Of a stretch of 64,000 nucleotides of DNA, positions 10,461 through 19,812 are shown piece after piece. Source of the stretch: Candidatus Thorarchaeota archaeon (GTDB lineage Archaea; Asgardarchaeota; Thorarchaeia; Thorarchaeales; Thorarchaeaceae). The notes beneath the pieces were generated by a model. It was not told where the DNA came from and searched no databases. It was given only the letters and a program-made list of their open reading frames with translations. A program made the position numbers and the translations under genes. Position 1 is the first letter of the stretch, and each line of letters starts with the position of its first letter. The DNA is taken from contig JAEOUG010000039.1 in NCBI GenBank assembly GCA_016839445.1, forward strand, positions 2,933 through 66,932, read 5' to 3'.

Positions 10461-10702
10461 CCAACAATTCCGCTGAAAACGATAGCGGCCAAAACGAACA
10501 GGAGGATGGAAGACGGAACCAGCATTATCTTCCCTTCCGTTCGTTTCACCTCTCTCACCTCTCGCATAGGACCGAAGTAGTAACCGATCAGGAGGAGAAG
10601 TCCCAGAATGACTAGGAAGAGCGCGAGTCCCGCATGAGCCAAAGTCAACAACTCGATTTCGCGCTCTCCGTGGTGGGTTATTAACATACTCCTAGAAATC
10701 AC
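10457..10702 (-). CDS. Small membrane protein (hypothetical)
   Basis: 81 aa with two hydrophobic helices separated by a basic loop. Confidence 0.4.
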   Translation of the reverse strand: MISRSMLITHHGEREIELLTLAHAGLALFLVILGLLLLIGYYFGPMREVREVKRTEGKIMLVPSSILLFVLAAIVFSGIVG

Positions 10703-10781
10703 TCTAGGGGTAAGAGATAGAAAAATGGGATTGCCCTCACTGCATCAAAGCAGATGAGAGCTGAACTGAAAGGACCGAAGT

Positions 10782-11060
10782 CTAAACCAGGATCTGTCTG
10801 AAGACGTGCTCGAACTTCATCCTGAGCTGTCTTGCCCTTTCCTCGTCTGCGGCATATAGTGGCTGCCGCATGTCGCTAAGGTTGGGGATCTTTCTGCAGA
10901 GCTTCTGGCCCATCAGTTTTCTCAGAGCAAAACTCACCGTACGTGGTGCAAGGTTCACCTTGTTGCTGAGATCTTTGGGCGTCATCGGACCCTCGTTTGC
11001 TAGTCTGTCAAGGACGATGATCGCACTGCGAGGTAGTTCAATGGACATGGTTGATACCAT
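10782..11060 (-). CDS. Winged-helix (MarR/TrmB-like) DNA-binding protein
   Basis: 92 aa with IIVLDRLANEGPMTPKDLSNKVNLAPRTVSFALRKLMGQKL, a typical wHTH. Confidence 0.65.
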   Translation of the reverse strand: MVSTMSIELPRSAIIVLDRLANEGPMTPKDLSNKVNLAPRTVSFALRKLMGQKLCRKIPNLSDMRQPLYAADEERARQLRMKFEHVFRQILV

Positions 11061-11233
11061 CCCTGTCTATCGGGTCTTTCCGTTCCCATCTATACAGTAC
11101 GTCTCTCGCAATATAAGAAGTCGGTTCAAAGCAGAAAATACCCATTTTTGAGAAACTACCCAAGATGCTGTGGGACTAGACAACACGCAAGAACTAAGTG
11201 CACTGCTGCCTACGACCGCAGACGTGCGAGAGA

Positions 11234-12214
11234 ATGAAGAAGGTCTTTGTGACAAGGAAGCTGCCCGAGAAGGGATTGGCTCGAATCATCGAGAGTTTTG
11301 ATGCAGACGTCTGGATGGAAGAAGCTCCTCCTTCAGCTGAGCAAATCATCGATCGAGCCAGGTATGCAGAGGGATTGGTGACTCTCCTCTCGGACCCAAT
11401 CAACGCTGATCTCATCGAATCTCTGCCAAGGCTCCGAGTGATTGCTCAATATGCTGTCGGATACGACAACATTGACGTGCGAGCCGCTACCGAGCGCGGC
11501 ATAATGGTCACGAACACTCCCGGAGTTCTTACAGAGACCACTGCAGACCTCACGTGGGCTCTCATTCTTGCTGCGTCGAGGAGGATAACCGAGGCAGATC
11601 AGTACGTACGGAGAGGCAAGTGGAGGGTCGCTTGGGGGCCGGAACTCCTTCTGGGAGAAGATGTGCACGGTGCAACACTGGGAGTTGTGGGCCTGGGTCG
11701 AATAGGACAGGCCGTGGCAAGGAGGGCCAAGGGCTTCGACATGAGGGTCATATATCACACTCGCTCTCAATCTCCTGAAACTCAGCGCTTTGCAGATGAA
11801 CAAGGGGCAGTGCCTTCGTCTTTCGATAATCTCCTGAGAGAGGCAGACATAGTGACGCTGCATGTGCCCCTGACAGCAGATACACACCACATGATTGGTG
11901 AGGGGGAGCTTCGACTGATGAAGAGCAATGCGATTCTAGTCAATACATCACGAGGGGCAATCATTGACCAGAAGGCGCTCTTACGAGTTCTCGAGTCTGG
12001 CCACCTCTTCTCAGTGGGACTCGATGTCTTTGAGGAAGAACCAACGCCCTCGGACAATCCTCTCCTCTCATGCCCTAGGGTGATAGCCGCCCCTCACATA
12101 GGAAGCGCAACCAGACAGACCAGAACGGTTATGGCGGAGATGTGCGCAAAGAATCTCATCGCTGCTCTGACCGGCGAGAGACCTCCCAACATCGTGAACC
12201 CAGAGGTGCTTTAG
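11234..12214 (+). CDS. gyaR: D-2-hydroxyacid dehydrogenase / glyoxylate reductase
   Basis: NAD-binding GVVGLGRIGQAVARRAKGF, plus NTSRGAIID and PHIGSAT. I prefer the start MKKVFVTRKL (ATG 11234) over the longest ORF start at 11198. Confidence 0.85.
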   Translation: MKKVFVTRKLPEKGLARIIESFDADVWMEEAPPSAEQIIDRARYAEGLVTLLSDPINADLIESLPRLRVIAQYAVGYDNIDVRAATERGIMVTNTPGVLTETTADLTWALILAASRRITEADQYVRRGKWRVAWGPELLLGEDVHGATLGVVGLGRIGQAVARRAKGFDMRVIYHTRSQSPETQRFADEQGAVPSSFDNLLREADIVTLHVPLTADTHHMIGEGELRLMKSNAILVNTSRGAIIDQKALLRVLESGHLFSVGLDVFEEEPTPSDNPLLSCPRVIAAPHIGSATRQTRTVMAEMCAKNLIAALTGERPPNIVNPEVL

Positions 12215-12217
12215 AGA

Positions 12218-12745
12218 ATGAAAGAGATGATATCGAACATCCTTGCCAGACGGTCTATCAGGAAGTTCCTTCCAGACGTCATACCTGAGAGGGACCTCAC
12301 AGAGATTCTGGAAGCAGGTTTCGCAGCTCCAAGTGCAGGAAATCGCCAACCGTGGAGAGTTGTCGTCGTACGAGATAGGAGCTGCAAGGAACAGCTGGCC
12401 AGCTGCGCCGGGGGTCAGAACTTCATGGCAGAGGCTCCCTTCGTGCTCGTAGTATGTGCCGTCCCTGAGGAGTCTGCGGAGAGATATGCAGAGCGCGGAG
12501 AATCGCTATACGTTCTGCAGGACACGGCTGCCCTCACAACTACAATACTCCTTGCTGCACACTACCTCGGCTATGGTGCTTGCTGGATTGGGGCCTTCAA
12601 TGAAGAGGGAGTCTCAAAGACTCTGAAGATACCCAAGAACATGAGACCGGTAGCCATGGTGCCAATAGGCAAGATTGACGGAGGGGTGCCACCCCGCAGG
12701 CAGAGAAGACCAATGGCTGATGTTGTAGTCCAGGACAGATTCTAG
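12218..12745 (+). CDS. Nitroreductase-family protein
   Basis: 175 aa with ILARRSIRKF and PSAGNRQPW. Confidence 0.85.
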   Translation: MKEMISNILARRSIRKFLPDVIPERDLTEILEAGFAAPSAGNRQPWRVVVVRDRSCKEQLASCAGGQNFMAEAPFVLVVCAVPEESAERYAERGESLYVLQDTAALTTTILLAAHYLGYGACWIGAFNEEGVSKTLKIPKNMRPVAMVPIGKIDGGVPPRRQRRPMADVVVQDRF

Positions 12746-12862
12746 GACCAGATCTGCGTTGCACAGATGGGAGCAAGCGTTTCAATCGAGCAGAGAACAC
12801 GCTATTCTACACTTCGAAGACCTGCTCTTAGTCATGCGAAGTCGATGAAAAAGAAAGAGGCG

Positions 12863-12882
12863 TAGGGGGCGATTGCCCCCTA
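12863..12882. terminator. GC-rich hairpin between convergent genes; terminator-like for the subtilase gene
   Basis: TAGGGGGC-GATT-GCCCCCTA forms a perfect 8-bp stem. On the minus strand it is followed by CGCCTCTTTCTTTTTC, a T-rich tract. Confidence 0.55.
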
Positions 12883-12908
12883 GCTTTAAGCTATAGTCGG
12901 CTACTCCA

Positions 12909-15900
12909 CTACCTCTTCTTGATCAAGAAGAGTATCAGGATCACGACAACACCTACACCGATTCCGCCAATCAGACCGACCAGTAGTGGGTCAAGTGGTT
13001 GACCTGTTCCAGTGGGTCCTGTGCCGGTTCCAGTGCCGGTTGAAGTGGTTGTGGTTGGCACGTCACCTGCAGTGAATGGGTCAGAGAAGCCATCACTGAA
13101 GTCGCCTGGCCAATAGGTATCCTCGGAGACACCGCCCGCCGGCCATCCATCGACCGTGGTCGTCATGTCGAGGCTGAATGCCCTGACTCTGCAAATGTAC
13201 TCCTTCTGGAGGAAGCCTGTTGAATCCCAATCGTATTGTAGTACGGTTAGGTTCCTAGCCAGTACGTTGTATGATATGCCGCCGTCACCACTCAGCCAGA
13301 CCGAGTAGTAGTTCACGTCATCAGCGTTGCGATCTGTGGAGCTCCAGCTGAATCGCCAGACGTTGTCGCCTTGGTCAACTGGGGCGTTCACAGTCACGAC
13401 TGGTGCAAAGAAGTTACCAATGAAGATGTCAGAGAACTCCAGTGAGTAACGGATGTTGACACCAGTGTCGCTGTCAACGAGCACTGAGTAGGTCTGGTTC
13501 GCTAGCAGGTAGTAGGTGTCGATCTGGAAGTTGTTCGTGTACACACGAGCCGGTTCAAGACCGAGTCGAGTGTCAACGGACAGATCGTACGTACCAGCCG
13601 CGCCATCGTAGTTCAGAATACCGAACTCAAGGTCGCCATCTCTGTCAGCGGTGAATGAGCCAATCTCTGGATGTGCTCCAGTGGCCATCACGCCGCCCAT
13701 GAGGTTGTTGGCGTAAGATCGGGATTCCATCGGTGTGTCAGCCCACCATACCATGAGGTCACAGTCTCCGTTGCTGAAGTCAAGGTTCACACGGACATTG
13801 TCACCCTCAGTGATGCCTTCGACGAGCTCCCATGCGTAGAACGCGGGGTCGATGGTGCCAGTGAACTGGCTGCCAGGATCACCTGGTGGAATAACGAGTG
13901 TGCCATGACGCTCAACGAGCACTCCGTAGAGGACCTTCATCTCGACTGAGGTGACGGTGAGCTCAGGAATGCCGCCAACTGGGTCAATCCAGGTGGCGTT
14001 GAGGAGGACGTGGTCACCCACAGCACTTCCGCCTGCGTCAAGAGGTGTATAGCCTACATCCCTTGCAGAGTAGGAGAAGTCAAGGGTGGGTTCAGGTATG
14101 GTGTCATATCCGAAGATCTCGACTACGATGTCTTCGGGCAGTCCTGCGACTGAGTTGACTGTGGTGTAGAAGATGTACATGCCAGTTCCGGTGATTTCGG
14201 CTATGGCTACTGATGATGTGTCAGTGGCCTTGACCGCGTCTCCAGAGTCAGCAAGTGCAAATCCTTCTGAGTCGACGATGGCAATGTCAACATCTGTGTC
14301 TGCACTGGTCCATGAGACCCTTGCACAGAGGAAGCCAATACCCGCGTCCTGGACATCAACCACGTAGGAACCATGGTCGCCAGACCTGGCCGTGTAGTAG
14401 GTGTCCCATCCAGCATTAACCCATGCTGGATCGTATGGAGTTGTGTCGGTACCTGCGCCGTTGGCAAGCTCAAGGACAGTACCGTCATGAGCGTTGTACT
14501 CGGCGTAGACGTTGTAGGTGTATGGGATCTTGTGGACAAGCTCGCCACCGTCAGTGACCTTGATGAATCCTTGGTGGATACCGTAGTCAGCTGATGGGTC
14601 GACTGTCAGGTTAGCCCATATACCGCCGGCTGGGTTGTCAGCCAGAGCCATCTGGGTGTCAACTACCTCAACCCAGGTCGTGATTGTGACGGTCAAAGTG
14701 TTACCGCCTGTGTAAGGCCAGTCCCAAATTGTGTCGTCATGTACCATCACGATACCTGCGTTCGGGAAGAGCTCACCTAGGCCATCGGGATGGCTCAAGT
14801 CCATCTTGATGGTGTTGGCTGTACCGCCTCCGTACTGCCAGCGAGTCAATTCGTCGCCAGTGTCGTATGTGGTGTTGTAGTAGTCAGGTACGCCGTTGGC
14901 TGGATCAGTGTCATCCCAATCGAAGATGAAGGCCCACAGGGTGTCACCCTGGAAGGTGTCATAATCACCTGTGATGTGGATGGTTGCATACATGGCGTTC
15001 TGGAACGTTGTCCATGCGCCAGTCTCTGCTGCTTCAAGTTCGGTTTCTAGGACGAAGTATCCACCCTTCGTGGAATCGTACCCTGTTGATGTGGTTTCGT
15101 TGTAGATAGAGGTCTCGTAGGAGAATGTCCAAACATCTCCAAGTTCGTACCTTGTGGCTTGCCATGTGTAGTCTGCTGCTACGACAGGAGCACCTGCAGC
15201 TGTTGTCCCTGAGAAGGTGAGTGGATACTCAGATCCAGGAGCAACAAGACCGTAGTAGAGGTTACCATCTGCAAAGCCAGTCGGGACTGTCTCGTTGATG
15301 AAGGCCATTCGGTCGTACGGTTCCATGTGGTATGACCAGGCATCAGCCATGGCTGAGCCCCAGTAGTCTATGGAGTCAGTGGTCTGCCACATGACACCTG
15401 CATCGCCCTCGACGTAGTCAATGGCAGAGGTGATGTTGACACGACCGTGACCCTGAGCCAGTGGGTCCATGCCGATGTCGTCAGCAGTGCTCTCGAGAAC
15501 TGTCTTCACATAGTCGGGTGCTGGCAGTGCTGCATGTGCAGTGACGTAAGCGTCAATGATGAGCGCAGCCGCACCTGCCACGATAGGACAGGCCATTGAG
15601 GTACCGCCGTTGATGGTGTATCCACCAGATGTGCCGAAGAACAGGTCACCGTACATCGGCGCGAGAAGGTAGTTGTTGGCACCAGGTGCAAGGATGTCAG
15701 GCTTCGGATATCCAAGGGTCAGAGGACCTCTGGATGAGAAGGAAGCAATCTGATCGAATCCCTGGTCTGGACCATACGAGTTCTGGAATGTGTGATAGCT
15801 TGTTGTAGCACCAACACCAATCATGTTTGGAGCTCTAGGCGGTGTAGTAGTACCGTAGCCTGGGCCAGAGTTACCAGCGGAGAAGCACTGAATTAGACCT

Positions 15901-17717
15901 GGATAGTGTGTTGCGTTGAAGTATCCAGGAGTGGCGATAGCCGCATAAATCAGTGAATACTGTCCCCAAAGCTCGTAGTACTGTGGAGCCACCCAACCCC
16001 AAGAGTTGCTGGTGATGTGCATCTGGTGTGCGCTTTCGTAGTCCCAGGTGAAGTAGTCACCATCGAAGTCAAAGCCAGCTGCCCAGAGCATGGATATGAA
16101 CTCTGAAGCAATGCCAACTGTCATGACTCCCATGACGGTCGACTCAGGTGCAACACCTGTGAGGGTCTGCATCGAGCCAGCCAGTCCGACTGGAAAGCTT
16201 GTCAGACCACGACCCGCAATCTGACCTGCTGTGTAGGTCCCGTGACTGTCACCATCGTACATGATAGCAATCGCACGACCACCAAGACCAATACCATCGA
16301 CCATTCCTAGGCCGAAGATGTTGTCCTCCCAGCAGTGCGCGAGAGTACCAAGTCCGAAGCGACCAGCGCCATCGGGATAGTCGTAGTACAGAACACCGCG
16401 GTCACCAGTCTTGCCATACCAGAGATCTGCCTCGAGGTCATCCACGAAGCTGTTGTCCAGTATCGCATTGTAGTAGTCCCAGGTGCTTGTTTCGTTGAAG
16501 TCGAATTCGCCCCAGTTGATGTTGAGGTTCCAGAAGTCAGTGTGAGCGCGGGTGTCGTTCCAGTTGATGACGATCTTGCTGCCGTTCAGGACAAGTGCCT
16601 GGGAGAAGATCTTCATGTATGGATCCCAACGCTGCTGGAATACGTATCCAGTGCAGTAGTATGGAACAAGCTTCCATTCACCAGAGGTTGAGTTCATGGT
16701 GATGTTGATTTTTCCACTGCCTGATGCGTACTCGGGAGCTGGAATCTCAGTGTCTGCTCGGATTACGTCGTAGTAGTAATCTGTCAGATTATCCTGGTTA
16801 GGATATTCATCGCCCCACCAGGCTGCCAGGTAAGCATCTACGAACCAGTCAAGGTTGGATAGACCACCCTGATTGTTTACGTAGGGGCTACCATGCTGAC
16901 AGGTGCTCCAGTCGATGTACCACTTCCCATCCATCTCGTAGCTCAGCATGTTCCAGCTCGAGTATCCCATCCACTCTGTCACATTGACAACGGTTGCGTT
17001 GACACGATAGAGTGTCACGCCGAAACCGTAGCCGGTTGGGTCAAAGCTGGTTGGCATACCATCAGAGCCATAGTCGACAGCGTCGACGAGGTCAGGATGA
17101 GTGAAGTCGGTACCTGTGTCAACAACCCCAACTCTCACTCCGTCACCAGCGTAGCCAGCAGCGTTAGCAGCGGTAGCGCCGATGTAAGGATTGATTATGT
17201 AAGCGTCGGGCTCGGTCGCCACTACCTCATCGTAGGAGGGGCGAGGCTCGACACCTGAGGTTGCTTCCCTATAGAGACGATCCGCGAATGCTGTTATGAC
17301 ACCATCAAAGTCCTCGATTGCAGCAACTGCAGCCTGGTCAAGGTAGGCACTGACGACTGTGGCCACGCCGAGGTCCAACTTCCAGTTGACGTTGAACATC
17401 TCGTCGAAAGCTGCCACATCGGCACCTTCCCTCAGTGTGATCAGTGCGTTCATAGCACCGTTTTCATTTACCACTGCATCGGAAGGCAATGCGCCAGTCT
17501 CCTTGAAGCCTGCAAGTACTGAGTCAAGTGGACCATCCAAGCCCCTCTGGTCGAGGTAGCGATTCAGATCCATCATGACCTCTTCAGGCGAGGTAATCTC
17601 AGGAGCCATAACCTGCGGAGAGTCTCGCGCCATGAGCGGAGTGAACGGAGCCAACAGCATGCTAATGCTGAAGGCAGCGATCAAGAACATGGTCGCAGTT
17701 TTCTTCAGGTTATTCAT
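12909..17717 (-). CDS. Giant membrane-anchored S8 subtilisin-like serine protease (subtilase 1)
   Basis: 1602 aa. It has a signal peptide and catalytic motifs VGVVDTGTD (D200), HGTYTAGQ (H492), SAGNSGP (N616) and GGTSMACP (S707). It carries many N-x-S/T sequons, a Thr/Gly stalk PTTTTSTGTGTGTGPTGTG (13002-13058), and a C-terminal TM helix ending in KKR. Confidence 0.95.
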   Translation of the reverse strand: MNNLKKTATMFLIAAFSISMLLAPFTPLMARDSPQVMAPEITSPEEVMMDLNRYLDQRGLDGPLDSVLAGFKETGALPSDAVVNENGAMNALITLREGADVAAFDEMFNVNWKLDLGVATVVSAYLDQAAVAAIEDFDGVITAFADRLYREATSGVEPRPSYDEVVATEPDAYIINPYIGATAANAAGYAGDGVRVGVVDTGTDFTHPDLVDAVDYGSDGMPTSFDPTGYGFGVTLYRVNATVVNVTEWMGYSSWNMLSYEMDGKWYIDWSTCQHGSPYVNNQGGLSNLDWFVDAYLAAWWGDEYPNQDNLTDYYYDVIRADTEIPAPEYASGSGKINITMNSTSGEWKLVPYYCTGYVFQQRWDPYMKIFSQALVLNGSKIVINWNDTRAHTDFWNLNINWGEFDFNETSTWDYYNAILDNSFVDDLEADLWYGKTGDRGVLYYDYPDGAGRFGLGTLAHCWEDNIFGLGMVDGIGLGGRAIAIMYDGDSHGTYTAGQIAGRGLTSFPVGLAGSMQTLTGVAPESTVMGVMTVGIASEFISMLWAAGFDFDGDYFTWDYESAHQMHITSNSWGWVAPQYYELWGQYSLIYAAIATPGYFNATHYPGLIQCFSAGNSGPGYGTTTPPRAPNMIGVGATTSYHTFQNSYGPDQGFDQIASFSSRGPLTLGYPKPDILAPGANNYLLAPMYGDLFFGTSGGYTINGGTSMACPIVAGAAALIIDAYVTAHAALPAPDYVKTVLESTADDIGMDPLAQGHGRVNITSAIDYVEGDAGVMWQTTDSIDYWGSAMADAWSYHMEPYDRMAFINETVPTGFADGNLYYGLVAPGSEYPLTFSGTTAAGAPVVAADYTWQATRYELGDVWTFSYETSIYNETTSTGYDSTKGGYFVLETELEAAETGAWTTFQNAMYATIHITGDYDTFQGDTLWAFIFDWDDTDPANGVPDYYNTTYDTGDELTRWQYGGGTANTIKMDLSHPDGLGELFPNAGIVMVHDDTIWDWPYTGGNTLTVTITTWVEVVDTQMALADNPAGGIWANLTVDPSADYGIHQGFIKVTDGGELVHKIPYTYNVYAEYNAHDGTVLELANGAGTDTTPYDPAWVNAGWDTYYTARSGDHGSYVVDVQDAGIGFLCARVSWTSADTDVDIAIVDSEGFALADSGDAVKATDTSSVAIAEITGTGMYIFYTTVNSVAGLPEDIVVEIFGYDTIPEPTLDFSYSARDVGYTPLDAGGSAVGDHVLLNATWIDPVGGIPELTVTSVEMKVLYGVLVERHGTLVIPPGDPGSQFTGTIDPAFYAWELVEGITEGDNVRVNLDFSNGDCDLMVWWADTPMESRSYANNLMGGVMATGAHPEIGSFTADRDGDLEFGILNYDGAAGTYDLSVDTRLGLEPARVYTNNFQIDTYYLLANQTYSVLVDSDTGVNIRYSLEFSDIFIGNFFAPVVTVNAPVDQGDNVWRFSWSSTDRNADDVNYYSVWLSGDGGISYNVLARNLTVLQYDWDSTGFLQKEYICRVRAFSLDMTTTVDGWPAGGVSEDTYWPGDFSDGFSDPFTAGDVPTTTTSTGTGTGTGPTGTGQPLDPLLVGLIGGIGVGVVVILILFLIKKR

Positions 17718-17920
17718 TGTTCGTTTTTCTCCTCACGTTATTCTGTAGAGAACGAATGAGCAGTAGCATCTGGTCCCGTCGGACAAGAATATCCTCTGCT
17801 CGCAAAAACCTCCAAAGCGTGCCACAGTATGCGGCTCGCCCATCTCCTCTTCAGCGTTCTCCACGGGTAAGTGATTAACTCGAGAGGCGAACTTGGGTCT
17901 ATTAAGCATTGTGCCACATT

Positions 17921-17968
17921 CTCAGGAATTCTAGCGTCTTAGAGTGACTTTCCTGAGAAATAAGACGC
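17921..17968. promoter_or_regulatory. Two interleaved 8-bp inverted repeats in the leader/promoter region of subtilase 1
   Basis: CTCAGGAA (17921-28) pairs with TTCCTGAG (17950-57). GCGTCTTA (17934-41) pairs with TAAGACGC (17961-68). The order is A-B-A'-B'. Confidence 0.35.
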
Positions 17969-18128
17969 CCATAATCCTCAGAACAGTGTACTGGTCACTT
18001 TGAAATCTCTAGACACGTGTATCTCGGATTCTCGGGTTAGAAAGACGCTGCATATACCCCTGTTTGAATATTGAAATGACTGTTGACATTCTCCATCAGA
18101 CGTTTGATGAATCAGCAATCAGACGAAT

Positions 18129-19211
18129 CTAGCTGCGTATGATCTTCTTGATGGCGTCAACGGTCTCGTTCACCATGAGGATTGCGCCAATGACCGTGAC
18201 AGGAGGTTCCGTTCCAGTAGAGTCTCCAGTCTCGCGAGACAATCTCGTCATGGATCGCCCAAGGGCCTCAATCAATGTGACTATCGCACGCTTGGTTGCA
18301 TCATCCTTCTTGCTGGCCTCAACGAGTGATATGAGATCAACAAGGTCAGAGATGACTGCCTCAGAGACCTCTGCAGCAGTCTCTGCTCGTCTTGTGAGGT
18401 CCTCCCACTTGGTGCGCAGCTGCTCCAAGCTCTGCTGTAGCTCTTGCGTCCTGACATCTCCACTTCCTGCGGACCTCAAGCTCTCAACCTGTCTCGTCAG
18501 TGCGTCAATCGTCTGGTCACGTGCAACCAGCTGTGCATCGAAGTCTGCAGTCATAGCAGGCGCGACTGGTGGAGCCTTTGAACCAAGCTCCTCCTCCATC
18601 ATTGCGATGGATGCCTCCCGCTCCTGAATCTCAGCTTTGATTGACTCAAGCTCGCCTTCAAGTGAAGTAAGTGACTCCTCGCGTTCTGAGAGAAACTGGT
18701 TCAATCTCTTGTTTTCCGCCTCGATGCTCTGGACCCTCTCTGAGAGACCGCCGGCCTCGTCGCGGCTCAGCCTGAGCTCTTCTCTCAGACTCACGACATC
18801 GGGCTCAGGGGGGGTTATCGTGTAGTGGATGAGAGCAGCGAAGAGCACTGTGACTCCGACAACGTAGAGAATAGAGCCGAGGACGGATCCGAATATGACA
18901 TCGGTGAATAGCTGGAGCGTTCGTGTGAAGAAACCCCATGAGCCGAATGGCAGGTCGGTGGGGCCGTACCATCGAGACCCGAAGCCTGCGTAAAGCATCA
19001 CGAGGAACGAGCCAGCAAAGGCGAGAATGCAGACGAATACAATCAAATTCCTCAATCGCGCGTCTCTCGGAAGATGACGCTGGTAGAACAGCAGCATCAA
19101 ACCAAGTATCAGAGCGGGGATGACGTAAGGCAATGACGCAATGATGTCATCCATGGGGGCCTCAATGTCGACAAGAAGCTGGTACAGAGCTGAGGCATCT
19201 GGTATTGCCAT
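18129..19211 (-). CDS. Membrane-anchored coiled-coil protein (hypothetical)
   Basis: 360 aa with about 4 N-terminal TM helices, then a long heptad-like acidic region (LREELRLSRDEAGGLSERVQSIEAENKRLNQFLSEREESLTSLEGELESIKAEIQERE...). Confidence 0.6.
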   Translation of the reverse strand: MAIPDASALYQLLVDIEAPMDDIIASLPYVIPALILGLMLLFYQRHLPRDARLRNLIVFVCILAFAGSFLVMLYAGFGSRWYGPTDLPFGSWGFFTRTLQLFTDVIFGSVLGSILYVVGVTVLFAALIHYTITPPEPDVVSLREELRLSRDEAGGLSERVQSIEAENKRLNQFLSEREESLTSLEGELESIKAEIQEREASIAMMEEELGSKAPPVAPAMTADFDAQLVARDQTIDALTRQVESLRSAGSGDVRTQELQQSLEQLRTKWEDLTRRAETAAEVSEAVISDLVDLISLVEASKKDDATKRAIVTLIEALGRSMTRLSRETGDSTGTEPPVTVIGAILMVNETVDAIKKIIRS

Positions 19212-19303
19212 CTACATTCCTCCTAGGCTCGCTCTGAGAAGGAGTGGTTCTGACAATTAAAACTATTCTGGCACAAATCGGCAGTTCAAAGAAAGGAGAG
19301 AGA

Positions 19304-19334
19304 ATCGTCTGTCCAGAGAAACCGGACAGGACGA
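19304..19334. terminator. Imperfect hairpin downstream of the 98-aa gene
   Basis: TCGTCTGTCC-agagaaacc-GGACAGGACGA with one bulge, located 14 nt beyond the stop at 19348 on the minus strand. Confidence 0.3.
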
Positions 19335-19347
19335 TTGCCGGAGATGT

Positions 19348-19644
19348 CTAGGATCTCCAAAGACGGGCCTTCTCAACTTCGTGGTCCTCGATGGCCAACT
19401 GCAGGCTTTTGGCAAGCCTCATGGCCTCATCAACCGAGAGCAGGAAGGCTCCCTTGACGTCGCGGTCTTCTCCCAGGCTCAGTCTAATCTTGCCATCGTT
19501 GACCCAACCTTCCGGGGTCTGCTCTGGCATATTGAGCTGGACCTCAAGCCAGGTTCTTCGAGTCTGGTTTGTCTGTCGGTCTTCGAAGAAGTGCTTGATC
19601 TGAAGCCTGCGCTCGTAGAGAGGGGTATGGTTGTTACTTCCCAT
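19348..19644 (-). CDS. Hypothetical small cytosolic protein
   Basis: 98-aa ATG-initiated ORF, divergent from subtilase 2. I recognise no family. Confidence 0.45.
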   Translation of the reverse strand: MGSNNHTPLYERRLQIKHFFEDRQTNQTRRTWLEVQLNMPEQTPEGWVNDGKIRLSLGEDRDVKGAFLLSVDEAMRLAKSLQLAIEDHEVEKARLWRS

Positions 19645-19812
19645 TTTTCTTCATCCGTTTCGTTGTAGGGTTCGACCCTCATGAGTAATGAGTGTGTGAA
19701 AGGTTATGGTCGCCACTCTCGGGATTGCCGAGCTGTGCTGCAGGAGACCATCGGCACTCAAGAAAACGCTTATCTTAGCACCGGAGTCTGTCGGCGAGGA
19801 AGGCCAAGTCTT

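Noticed and set aside
17736-17843. A 35-codon upstream ORF (MGEPHTVARFGGFCEQRIFLSDGTRCYCSFVLYRI) in the subtilase 1 leader.
   Set aside because: It has no plausible ribosome-binding spacing and a non-protein-like sequence, with nothing to support translation. It is noted only because it ends 18 nt before the protease ATG.
17946-17954. AGGAAAGTC on the minus strand, matching the core of the RNase P RNA CR-I motif (GAGGAAAGUCC).
   Set aside because: I read the whole 411-bp region in reverse complement. None of the other conserved RNase P blocks (CR-II to CR-V) or the P4 partner is present, so this is a chance 9-mer.
17992-18000. The exact 9-mer TGGTCACTT is shared between the subtilase 1 upstream region and the operator-like repeat at 45620-45628.
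   Set aside because: One extra occurrence of a given 9-mer in 128 kb of two-strand sequence is about what chance predicts. The arrangement of the partner half-site also differs, so this is not evidence for a shared regulator.
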